Positions 1-8,655 of a stretch of 64,000 bases of DNA are shown here, piece after piece. Numbering within the stretch: the first letter of the stretch is position 1; the number at the start of each line of letters is the position of its first letter. This stretch comes from Deltaproteobacteria bacterium (GTDB taxonomy: Bacteria; Desulfobacterota; Binatia; DP-6). Position numbers and translations under genes: made by a program. The stretch covers positions 7,427-71,426 of the forward strand of contig VBKJ01000127.1 in the NCBI GenBank assembly GCA_005879795.1. Direction: 5' to 3'. The notes under the pieces are model-generated. The model was not told where the DNA came from and made no database searches. It saw nothing but the letters and a program-made list of their open reading frames with translations.

Positions 1-138
1 CGCACCATCCCCGAGGACGTGAAGCGGAAGATCGCCGCGCTCGGGCAGCCGAACGTCACGGTGGACGTGGTCTGGGACCCGCCCTGGCACCCCTCGCGCA
101 TCAGCCCCGACGGGAAGCAGAAGCTCGGGCTGGCGTGA
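1..138 (+). CDS. Metal-sulfur cluster assembly factor (DUF59/SufT/PaaD-like), 3' end only
   Basis: Frame 1 reads RTIPEDVKRKIAALGQPNVTVDVVWDPPWHPSRISPDGKQKLGLA*; VxVVWDPPW is typical of DUF59. Confidence 0.8.
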   Translation, partial: RTIPEDVKRKIAALGQPNVTVDVVWDPPWHPSRISPDGKQKLGLA

Positions 139-326
139 GCGGGCGCACCGGACGCCGGTCGCCGAGTCGCCAGCTCGGGCCTTGCATTTGCGGCCGGAAG
201 TAGAGTACGTAAACGGCCCCTTTTTTGCGGCAGCGGACGACTCCTGTGCCTCGATTGCTCGATCCTCCACAAGATTACCGAAGGGAGAGTCTCCGCTCGT
301 GTGCGGAGACGCCCGCGCCTCGGGAG

Positions 327-1457
327 ATGGCTAATGGGAACGGGGCGCCTCGCGTCTTCGTCAGTGCTCCAGGCTCCGCGCCCGGCTCGAGTGATCTGCT
401 GGTCTCGTTTCTCCGGGTTGCGGCCGCCGCGGCGCGCACCACCACCGGCGCCAGTCGTGCGGCAGCCGCCCTCCCGGTGGACGCTGCGTCCGGTGCGCAC
501 TCACTGATCATACAGCGGGAGGGCAGCCTGCCGCCGCTCCCCGGCGGCCTGATTCGTCTCGTGGCGCGGTCGGTGCGCGGCGGCCGCAGGCTCTCGCTCG
601 AGGACCCTGGCGGCCCGGCGGCTCTTGCGACCCTGGCAGCACAGGCTGGGGCCCGCGTGATGGCGGCGGTATCCTTGCGGGTGGAGGGCGCGGAGGGATG
701 CCTGCTGGCCGCGCGCGACACGAGGCGGCCCTTCTCGCCGGCCGAGCTGGCGGGGCTCGAGGGTGTGGCGCAGTCCGCAGCGCTCGGAGTCGCCGAGGCC
801 CGGGCGTTGGTGAATACGGACCGCCGGCGTTTCGCCCGCGAGCTGCACGATACCTTCGGCCAGACGCTCACGGCTCTCGTCTTCGCGGTCGATGAGCTCG
901 AACGTGGACTCCAGAGCGTCGAGGAGCGCCGGCTGACATCAGCGGTGCGCTCGCATGCGTTGAAGGCGTTGGACGACATGCGAGATGTGATCGCCGCCGT
1001 CAGGCGAACGGAGGGAGAGCAGGAGCGGTGGCGGAGAGTCCTCGACCTGGCGAAGGATCTCTCGCAGTCGGGCATCCAGGTCCGCGTCCACAAGGATCTG
1101 CCCGAACCGCTCCCGGCGGGGCTGGTGGAGTGCCTGTACGAAGTCGCCCGCGAAGCGCTGTTGAACGTCAAGCGTCACGCCCGAGCCCGGAATGTACACG
1201 TGCTGCTCTGGCAGGACGAGCGAAAGCTGGAGGTCATGGTCTCGGATGACGGGCAGGGACTGCGGCCGGAGGAGCTGGGAACGGGCTGGGGAGGCTTCGG
1301 TCTCCGCATGATGCAGGAGCGACTGGAGGAAGTCGGTGGGGCGTTCATCGTCGAGAGTACCGGCGCGCGCGGAACCCGGGTCATCGCGCGCATACCCTGG
1401 ACCGGAGGGGAGAGATCGCACTCGCGGGCGTCGATTGCGCGTCGTCCTGGCGGATGA
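327..1457 (+). CDS. Cytoplasmic sensor histidine kinase (GAF-like + HisKA_3 + HATPase)
   Basis: ARELHD H-box, EALLNVKRHA N-box, DDGQG and GFGL G-boxes; no transmembrane segment; start uncertain (225 or 327). Confidence 0.85.
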   Translation: MANGNGAPRVFVSAPGSAPGSSDLLVSFLRVAAAAARTTTGASRAAAALPVDAASGAHSLIIQREGSLPPLPGGLIRLVARSVRGGRRLSLEDPGGPAALATLAAQAGARVMAAVSLRVEGAEGCLLAARDTRRPFSPAELAGLEGVAQSAALGVAEARALVNTDRRRFARELHDTFGQTLTALVFAVDELERGLQSVEERRLTSAVRSHALKALDDMRDVIAAVRRTEGEQERWRRVLDLAKDLSQSGIQVRVHKDLPEPLPAGLVECLYEVAREALLNVKRHARARNVHVLLWQDERKLEVMVSDDGQGLRPEELGTGWGGFGLRMMQERLEEVGGAFIVESTGARGTRVIARIPWTGGERSHSRASIARRPGG

Positions 1458-2061
1458 TCACCCGGTCGTCCGGGCCGGGCTGAGGCACATCCTCGATTCA
1501 GGCGATACGATCGAGGTCGTCGCCGAGGCGGAAGACGGCCGAACCCTTCTCCGGCGGGTCCAGGCCCTGAGTCCGGACGTCGTGGTGATGGACGTTTCCA
1601 TGCCCGAGCTGAACGGGATAGAGGCTACGCGGGCGATCCGCCGGCAGTTCCCCACGACGCGGGTCCTCGTGCTCTCGGTTCACGGTGCGGAGGCGGTCGT
1701 CCTGGATGCCGTTGCGGCGGGGGCTGCCGGATACCTGCTGAAGGAAACGGCCACCGAGGAGCTGCAGCGGGCGGTCTCGGCGGTGGCCAGAGGCGAGGGT
1801 TACTTCTCGCCTGGCGTGGCCGGCCTGCTCGTCAACCGGCTGAACGAGCGCGCCCGGCAGCGGCCGCTCCTGAGCGCCCGTGAGCGGGAGGTCGTCCAGC
1901 TCATCAGCGAAGGGGAACGGCTCGGTCAGATCGCGGCCAAGCTCTTCGTCAGCATCGCGACGGTGAAGAGCCACCGGGCGAATGCGATGCGTAAGCTCAG
2001 CATCCGCACGACGGCCGACCTGATCCGCTACGCGATCCGCGGCGGTCTCTCGCCCCTCTGA
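1435..2061 (+). CDS. NarL/FixJ-family response regulator (REC + LuxR HTH)
   Basis: VVLADDH, VVMDVSMP, YLLK, then LSAREREVV..TVKSHRANAMRKL; probable TTG start at 1435 overlapping the kinase. Confidence 0.92.
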   Translation: MRVVLADDHPVVRAGLRHILDSGDTIEVVAEAEDGRTLLRRVQALSPDVVVMDVSMPELNGIEATRAIRRQFPTTRVLVLSVHGAEAVVLDAVAAGAAGYLLKETATEELQRAVSAVARGEGYFSPGVAGLLVNRLNERARQRPLLSAREREVVQLISEGERLGQIAAKLFVSIATVKSHRANAMRKLSIRTTADLIRYAIRGGLSPL

Positions 2062-2206
2062 GGCCAGCGGCCCGCGGCGGTGGCCGGGGGCCGTCGCCCT
2101 GATCCTCCTCCTTCGAACGAACCCTCAACCCTCCGAACGCCGAGAGCGAAATCCCGCGCAAGTCGAATTGCGGGCACGAGACGCCCTCTATAGCATCCGC
2201 ACATTC

Positions 2207-2767
2207 ATGATCCCCACCGGTATTCGGTTTCGCAACGCCAAGGGCAAGCCTCCGCCCTCGAGCCGCGAAGAGGTGACGCCCGAGGTGTCGCTCAGAGACG
2301 ATCCCGCCGCCGACTCGCTGGGTTTGCTCGAGCTGGGACTCGCCCTCGAGCGCAAGTTCCGCGTCGTGCCTCGTCCGTCCATCCTCGAGCGCCTGCGCAT
2401 CTACCTCCTCGCGGTGGTGCAGGCGCTCGTCCCCGGCCCGGAGACGGCGGCAGCTGCTCCGCAGACTCGGGCCGGGCGCTTCTCGGCAAGGGTCGTCCCT
2501 GCTGCGGGCGATTCGAGCAGAAGCCTTCAGCGCGCGGGCTGGCTCACGCCCTATGCCATAGAGACGATCGCCGAGCACGCCCTCCACGCCGGCCCCGGCG
2601 CCCGGCTCGAGATGACGTTGCCGTCGAGTGTCAGCGATACCGAGCTGGCGTTGCTTCGGGACGAGTTTGCCTGGCTCGGCGAGCGGGGCGTCCAGGCGAG
2701 CGTTCGTCGGGACTACAGTATCGCACTGATCGAGGAACACCCCATCCCCCCCCGCCCGGCGGTCTGA
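2207..2767 (+). CDS. Acyl-carrier-protein-like segment fused to an unknown C-terminal domain (may be 5'-degenerate)
   Basis: EEVTPEVSLRDDPAADSLGLLELGLALERKF resembles the ACP phosphopantetheine-site helix (DSL). Confidence 0.5.
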   Translation: MIPTGIRFRNAKGKPPPSSREEVTPEVSLRDDPAADSLGLLELGLALERKFRVVPRPSILERLRIYLLAVVQALVPGPETAAAAPQTRAGRFSARVVPAAGDSSRSLQRAGWLTPYAIETIAEHALHAGPGARLEMTLPSSVSDTELALLRDEFAWLGERGVQASVRRDYSIALIEEHPIPPRPAV

Positions 2768-2935
2768 CCGTCCGCTGGCGCGCCGCTCGAGGCCTCCGCC
2801 ACCCTTGAGGCCGGTGGCGGGGACCTCGGGCGGGTCCAGTCACGGGCCACGTCGTCGCGGCGACGCGATTTCGGCACGGCCGGTGGCGGCGGTTTACCTT
2901 TGCCGGGCGCGCGGCGACCGGTGTAGAGAAGGCGC

Positions 2936-4966
2936 GTGCCTCCCGCGGGTCGCAGTCCCGGAGCCCGCGCGGCGCCGCGCGCGGCGCCGCCGCCCGCCTC
3001 CGCCGCGCAGCGGCGGCCGCTCCCGATCGCGCTCACCGCCGTGTGGTGGGTCGTCCTCGCCGTGCTGCTCGTGCAGAAGGGGCGTGCCCTCGAGCAGAAG
3101 ATCACGTGGTACCTCGCGGTCGACCAGTTCGGGTACGCGACGTTCGCGCACGACCTCCTGCGCGGCCGTGTCTTCCACGAGTGGGCGCCCGGCGAGGCGC
3201 TCAAGAGCCGGCTGCCGCCGCGCGCCGACGTCCTCGTCCAGAGCTACGTATGGGACCGCGGCCGAATCTACTCGCGCTATGCCCCGGGCTTCCCGATCCT
3301 GCTCGCCGGCTGGCTCGCGCTCTTCGGCGACGACAGTGCGCACTACCTGAACCCGCTCCTCTTCGTCGCCGTCGTCCTGCTGGTGATCGCCCTCCAGCGC
3401 CGGCTCTTCCACTCGCGGTGGCGGGCGCTCATGGGCGGCGCGCTCCTCGTGCTGTTCGCGGGCAACGGGTTCGCGGGCAGCAACGTGAATCTCTGGGGCC
3501 TCACGCTGACGCGCGACATCTCGGCGCACGCCGTCGCGCTCGCCGGGCTCGTGCTGCTCGTGCCGTGGGGCGCCCGCCGACTGGGACCGCGCCGCGCCGC
3601 GGCTGCGGGCCTGGCGCTCGGGTTCACCGTCTCGATCCGTCCCGACGGCGTGCTCTACCTCGTGCCGGCGACGCTGCTCGCTCTCGTACGGTGGCGGCGG
3701 GAGCGCGCGCGGGGCGGCGCCCTCGCGCGCGCGCTCGCCGCGGGCGTCCTCGGCGTCGCGCTCGGCGTCGCGCCCTCGCTCGCGTTCTACTGGGCCGCGA
3801 CGGGGAACCCGTTCCGGGCCACGCAGAGCATGGAAGCGCAGGATTTTCTCAGCGAGACGCCCCGCCCGGGCAGCGCGGTCGCCATGGCGGACGCCGGCGG
3901 CGTCAAGGTCGCCTATCCGCCCCAGGGCTGGCACGGCGGCACGGCGGTGCCCGTCCAGGGCGGCGGGCTCAGGCTCGCCAACTTCCCGCGCACGTTCGAG
4001 GAGAACTGGCAGCTCATCCAGGCGACGTACGGCCGGCTCTTCCTCGTGCTCGCGATGTGGGGAGCGTGCGTCGCGCTCGCGCTGCGGCCGATCGTCTTCC
4101 TGCTCACGGTGCCTTACGCGGCGCTCGCGGTGCTGCTCTACAGCTGCTGGACGACGCCGCAAATGCGCTACCTCATCGGCGCGAGCGTGCTCCTCCCGGT
4201 CCTCGTGGTCGAGGGCCTCATGGGGACCTTCGACCTGGTGCGTCTGATGGCCCGCCGGCGGGAGGAATGGCCGCCGGTCGCGTTTGCGGGCGGCATCGGC
4301 GTGGCGCTTCTCCTGGGCGTCGTCATGAGCCTCCACACGTCGCCACCGGCCGCCATGGCGTCGTCACATGTCGGCGCCTTCGTGCGGGCGATCCCCTGGC
4401 TCGTCCCCGGCGCTGCGGGTGTCGGCCTCCTCGTCGCGGCCGGCTGGCCCCGGCGGCGCGCGGCGGGGTTCGTCGCCCCGGTCCTCGGGCTCGTGCTCGC
4501 GGCCGCAGCGATCGCCGGCGATACGAGCACACTCGGGCGCCGGGCGAGGTTCCAGAAGCCCGAGATGACCTACGCGCGGGAGAACCTGAGGCGACTCGTG
4601 CCGCCGCACGCCGTCGTCATCACCACCGAGGACGTCGGCCGTCCGGCCGAGAACATCGAGTACTATGGCGGCATCCACGCGCTCTACCTGACCGACCTGA
4701 CGCGCTGGCGGCTCGGCGTGCGCGACGCCGCCGCGCTCCTGCTGCGCTCCGGTATGCCGCCGTATCTCTTCATCCCGTTCACGCAGCCGGACCGCGAGCA
4801 GATGCTCGCCGAGCTCGCCGAGTTCCAGGTGGAGCAGGCGGCCGACATTCCCGCGCCGCAGGCGATCGGCTACTTCGTGGCGGCGCCGTTCCACCGCGGC
4901 GTGCGGATGCTTCTCTACCGGATCTCCACGCCCGGCGCCGCAGACCGAGGCGCCCCTGACAGCTAA
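2936..4966 (+). CDS. Polytopic membrane protein, probable GT-C-fold (PMT/ArnT-like) glycosyltransferase
   Basis: About 11-13 hydrophobic segments, acidic loop after TM1 (VDQFGY), YSRYAPGFP, IRPD and RYL motifs, soluble C-terminal domain. Confidence 0.6.
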   Translation: MPPAGRSPGARAAPRAAPPPASAAQRRPLPIALTAVWWVVLAVLLVQKGRALEQKITWYLAVDQFGYATFAHDLLRGRVFHEWAPGEALKSRLPPRADVLVQSYVWDRGRIYSRYAPGFPILLAGWLALFGDDSAHYLNPLLFVAVVLLVIALQRRLFHSRWRALMGGALLVLFAGNGFAGSNVNLWGLTLTRDISAHAVALAGLVLLVPWGARRLGPRRAAAAGLALGFTVSIRPDGVLYLVPATLLALVRWRRERARGGALARALAAGVLGVALGVAPSLAFYWAATGNPFRATQSMEAQDFLSETPRPGSAVAMADAGGVKVAYPPQGWHGGTAVPVQGGGLRLANFPRTFEENWQLIQATYGRLFLVLAMWGACVALALRPIVFLLTVPYAALAVLLYSCWTTPQMRYLIGASVLLPVLVVEGLMGTFDLVRLMARRREEWPPVAFAGGIGVALLLGVVMSLHTSPPAAMASSHVGAFVRAIPWLVPGAAGVGLLVAAGWPRRRAAGFVAPVLGLVLAAAAIAGDTSTLGRRARFQKPEMTYARENLRRLVPPHAVVITTEDVGRPAENIEYYGGIHALYLTDLTRWRLGVRDAAALLLRSGMPPYLFIPFTQPDREQMLAELAEFQVEQAADIPAPQAIGYFVAAPFHRGVRMLLYRISTPGAADRGAPDS

Positions 4967-5159
4967 CTAACTAACCTCGTAGCGCAGCCCGTGAAGAAGT
5001 CGAAGAGGCTGGGCGAAGAAGCCGCGCGACGGGGCGGGGGCGATCGTCGCCGAGGTTCCCGTGGTAGCCGCCCCGTCGCGGGCGCCGAGCGCGCGTCGAC
5101 GTTGGTCCGCGTGCTGGGTAAGTCAGCCAAGGGGGCGCGCATTCCGTGCCGAGATCCTT

Positions 5160-5190
5160 ATATGGTCATGCTTCATATGGTCATGCTTCA
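5160..5190. repeat. Perfect 15-bp tandem duplication
   Basis: TATGGTCATGCTTCA twice, at 5161-5175 and 5176-5190. Confidence 0.9.
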
Positions 5191-5226
5191 GGACCAAGCA
5201 TTCGGTTTTGCGGAGGAATCTCTCCA

Positions 5227-5260
5227 CCCGGGAACGCCCTTCCCGGGAACGCTCTTCCGG
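5227..5260. repeat. Imperfect 15-bp tandem duplication
   Basis: CCCGGGAACGCCCTT then CCCGGGAACGCTCTT then CCGG. Confidence 0.85.
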
Positions 5261-5489
5261 TGGCTCCCTCGCGCAGAGTCTACAGCAAACAGACATCACC
5301 TGAACCCGGTATAGCCTACCGTCCGTGACATCTGCTAACTCTCACAGCGTGGAGCACTTCTCCGGGATGAGCGGCTGCGACAAATCGATCGTGAGGGAGG
5401 GTGGAGTTTCAGAGCGCGGGGCCCGCAGCGGGAGTGACCGGTGCTTTCCGAAGACATGTCTTCGTCGCGAGGAGAAAAAGGAGGGTTAG

Positions 5490-5783
5490 ATGAGCAAGCT
5501 AGTCGTGGGTCTCGCAGGAATCGTGCTGGGGGTTGGTCTGTTGGTTTCGGCGGCGCGGGTGGTGTCCGCTGCCCCAGTGTGCGGTCATGGCCCATGCGGG
5601 GACGAGGTCGGGCAGTGCGGCCTCAGCGGTAAGGCCAGAGCAGCGTGCTTCAAGACTGCCATAGCCGCTTGCAAAGCCTCGCACGCGGCAGGCGGCTGCA
5701 CGTGCGCCGATCCGGGGTGCTTTACCTGCACCGGCGGTAGCGCATGCGTTTTCGCTTCGCCCTCGGGCGCGTTCCTCGAGTAG
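5490..5783 (+). CDS. Small secreted cysteine-rich protein ending in SPSGAFLE
   Basis: AGGAGG-type RBS upstream, hydrophobic signal peptide, 10 Cys in the mature part. Confidence 0.75.
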   Translation: MSKLVVGLAGIVLGVGLLVSAARVVSAAPVCGHGPCGDEVGQCGLSGKARAACFKTAIAACKASHAAGGCTCADPGCFTCTGGSACVFASPSGAFLE

Positions 5784-5799
5784 CTACCTTCGTTCTCCC

Positions 5800-5831
5800 G
5801 TCGGGGGCGGGGTGCTGACCCCGCCCCCGAC
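5800..5831. terminator. Strong GC hairpin between convergent genes
   Basis: GTCGGGGGCGGGGT-GCTG-ACCCCGCCCCCGAC: perfect 14-bp stem, no U-tract. Confidence 0.55.
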
Positions 5832-6092
5832 CTGGTGCGCGCTTCCGCGGTGCGGTCCAGCCTGCGCGAGAGGGGAAACGTGTTGGTTGTCGCGCGCCGC
5901 GCGTGAAGTTGCCGCCGCGCGAGCATGACGGAGCCAGAGGCCCTCCGTCCCGCCGTCAGTCCGAGCAGGGTGCGCCGGCCGCGCACGCCGAGCGACTCGC
6001 GGAGGGGGCGGTTTGGGGGACGATCCCTACGTTCGCCTGCCCGCGGGCGCGCGCACGAGCCAAGGTGAGCAGCTACTGACCTGCGGGCGCGA

Positions 6093-8351
6093 CTACTGGC
6101 ACAGGCACGTGGACCCGCTCAGCTGGCAGTGCAGCCCGCAGCCCGAACCGCATGTGGCCCCAGTGTTACACGTGCATGTCGAGGTGCAGCAGGAGGTGCC
6201 GTCGCACTGCTCCCCAGGGTCGACCTGGTGGTTCCCGCACAGGCCGAATCGCTGGGCGAACACGCCCTGATAGTTGCCGTCCTGGCCGTAGCTGTCCCAT
6301 GCGACCACGAACTTCCCGGCTGCGGCCGCGACCGCCGGGCGTCCCTGATCCTCGATGATGTAGCTGTTCACGCGGAACTCACTGGCCAGACGGCCACCCT
6401 GGGCGCCGAAGCGCTGCCCGAAGACCTCTGTCCCGATGCAAGCTTCCTGGCCGGGTCCGTCCCAGGCCACGAGGAACGTGCCGTCCGAGTTCATCGCTAC
6501 TGCCGCGTCCTTCTGGGGATTCGCGGTGAAGCTGTTCACGAGGAACTCGCTCCCCTGGGGCGTCCCCGAGCTGCTGTACCGCTGGCCGAAGATGCCCGCG
6601 CCGTCACCCGCGCCCGCACCCTCCCACACCACCACGAAGTCGCCCGCCCCGTCGGCAGCCACGGCCGGATGCGTTTGATTGGAGGCCGTGGTGGTATTCA
6701 CCCGGAATTCACCCGCGTTACAACCGCCTCTGGGCGTCCCCGCGCTGTCGTAGCGCTGCCCGAAGATGCCGTAGCCGCTGCCGTCCTGTGCGGCGCTGTG
6801 CCACACCACCACGAAGTTGCCCGCGCCGTCGGCCGCCACCGCAGGGGAACCCTGAACGCCGGTCGTGTAGGTGTTCACCCGGAACTCACCACCCTGCGGG
6901 GCCCCCGCGCTGCTGTATCGCTGGCCGAAGATGCCGGCGCTGTCGGTCGCGCCGGGGCCGGCCCAGACCACCTTGAAGTTGCCGAGACCGTCCACCGCCA
7001 CCGCCGGAGTCTGCTGCACCCCGGTCGTGTAGGTGTTGACCCGGAACTCGCTGCCCTGCGGGGTGCCCGCGCTGTCGTACCGTTGGCCGAAGACGCCGGC
7101 GGCGTCGCCCGGGCCGGCTCCGTCCCACACCACCAGGAAGTTTCCGCCGGGGCTCCGCGCCACGCGAGGGTTGTCCTGATAGCCCGTCTTGTACGTGTTC
7201 ACCGCGAACTCGGTACCCTGCCGCGTCCCGGTGCTGTCGTAGCGCTGGCCGAAGATACCGGTGCTCGGGTACCCGTCGCCATTGCCTGAGCCACTCCATA
7301 CCACCACGAAGTTGCCCGTCGCGTCGGCCGCCACGGCCTGAGGATAGCCCTGCACGCCGGTGGTATACGTGTTCACCTGAAATTCGGGGCCGGCGGGGAC
7401 GGACCCGCCGTCGCACGCGTCTCCCACCCCGTCGTGATCGCTATCCACCTGACTCGGATTGTAGACGTTCGGGCAGTTGTCCAGCGGACACGTGTTCGCC
7501 GGAAAGCCTGGATCGCCGAAGCCGTCGCCGTCCGAGTCCTGGCACGTGTCACAGGCGTTCCCGATGCCGTCATGGTCGGTGTCCGCCTGGTCGGGGTTCC
7601 GGATCGAGCGACAGTTGTCGATGCAATCGGCGACACCGTCCCCGTCCGTGTCCCCGCCGCCGACGGCAAAGTAGCGGACCGCCGTATTGGTGAGCGTAAA
7701 GGGGCTCGTGGGGTTGCCGAACCTCCACCCCACGCCGACCGTACCGTCGGCGTTCTCGATTCCGGCAGCCGCCGTCTGTACGCCACTCCCCGCACTCGAG
7801 TATTGGACCTGGATCTCGTGGCGGCTTTCGTAGAGGATGATCTCCCAGGTTGTCTTGGGATTGCCCGTGAACAGCGGCACACGGTCGAACTCGACGATGA
7901 AGCGCCGGTTGGGGGCGGTGCCCAGCGTCTGGTAGTAGATGGCTCCGAAACTGCTCGGGTCGAGATCGGCCCAGAGCCCCGCGACGTCCACGTTCGGGCA
8001 TCCTGGGCTCGGGAGTGGAGTCTGGCCGGTCGGCGCGCTTCCTTCGCCGCCAAAGGTGATGAACCCGTTGCTCGAGACGAATACCTGCGAATTGCTGATC
8101 CCGTAGTAATTGAAGGTGAAGCCGAGCGGCAGCGCGGCGCTTTCCTCATCGTCGCGGAGCACGAGGAGCGTGCCGGTCTGTGAGATGTCGACGAAGGAAT
8201 ACGTCGGCGCATAGGCGTCGAGCGGCGCGATCGTGTCCGAGAACCTGTAGCAGCCCGCGTTGTCGGGCCCGCCCACGGCGGAGGCCGGCCGCGGCGATTC
8301 AAGGACGCCGAGTAGAACGATCAGAGTCGCGGCCGCAGTCCAGTCCCTCAT
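6093..8351 (-). CDS. Secreted multidomain surface protein (NIDO-like domain, TSP3 Ca-binding repeats, 7 propeller-like repeats, Cys-rich tail)
   Basis: Signal peptide; [24 protein letters not shown]; DxDGDG/DNCP repeats; 7x EFx[27 protein letters not shown]. Confidence 0.85.
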   Translation of the reverse strand: MRDWTAAATLIVLLGVLESPRPASAVGGPDNAGCYRFSDTIAPLDAYAPTYSFVDISQTGTLLVLRDDEESAALPLGFTFNYYGISNSQVFVSSNGFITFGGEGSAPTGQTPLPSPGCPNVDVAGLWADLDPSSFGAIYYQTLGTAPNRRFIVEFDRVPLFTGNPKTTWEIILYESRHEIQVQYSSAGSGVQTAAAGIENADGTVGVGWRFGNPTSPFTLTNTAVRYFAVGGGDTDGDGVADCIDNCRSIRNPDQADTDHDGIGNACDTCQDSDGDGFGDPGFPANTCPLDNCPNVYNPSQVDSDHDGVGDACDGGSVPAGPEFQVNTYTTGVQGYPQAVAADATGNFVVVWSGSGNGDGYPSTGIFGQRYDSTGTRQGTEFAVNTYKTGYQDNPRVARSPGGNFLVVWDGAGPGDAAGVFGQRYDSAGTPQGSEFRVNTYTTGVQQTPAVAVDGLGNFKVVWAGPGATDSAGIFGQRYSSAGAPQGGEFRVNTYTTGVQGSPAVAADGAGNFVVVWHSAAQDGSGYGIFGQRYDSAGTPRGGCNAGEFRVNTTTASNQTHPAVAADGAGDFVVVWEGAGAGDGAGIFGQRYSSSGTPQGSEFLVNSFTANPQKDAAVAMNSDGTFLVAWDGPGQEACIGTEVFGQRFGAQGGRLASEFRVNSYIIEDQGRPAVAAAAGKFVVAWDSYGQDGNYQGVFAQRFGLCGNHQVDPGEQCDGTSCCTSTCTCNTGATCGSGCGLHCQLSGSTCLCQ

Positions 8352-8655
8352 CTGCTCTCCGATCGTCCCCCAGGGAACGGCCTTCGGCTCGCTACGCCAA
8401 GCTCGGCGGGGGTCTTCGCATCCGCTTGAGCGTCCTCGATCGCAATCTCCTGGGCGCAGGCCCCCCGGCCCCAGGCGTCTCCTGGAAACCGCCCGGTCAC
8501 CCGCGCACCGACAGGTGCTCGTCTACCGCGGGCTGTTCGCGCCCGTCAATCGAACAAAGACGGGAGGGCGGTGGCGAAGGCCATAGAGGGTGCAAGGCGC
8601 TCCTCCGCGACCTCGTCTTCTCGACCCGTTTCGACTACGGGGGTGTGGCAAAGCG

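Noticed and set aside
5160..5260. Possible CRISPR array
   Set aside because: Only two adjacent 15-bp copies of each unit, no spacers and no cas genes.
4991..5328. Short ORFs across the intergenic repeats
   Set aside because: No RBS or motif; the apparent peptide repeats simply mirror the 15-bp DNA duplications.
5490..5783. RiPP precursor for the radical SAM enzyme
   Set aside because: It has a Sec-type signal and an even Cys count suggesting disulfides; the radical SAM gene is 21 kb away and lacks SPASM/RRE features.
6245..7386. DNA repeats with a period of about 165 bp as an array or diversity-generating element
   Set aside because: Fully explained by protein-coding repeats; no reverse transcriptase in the window.
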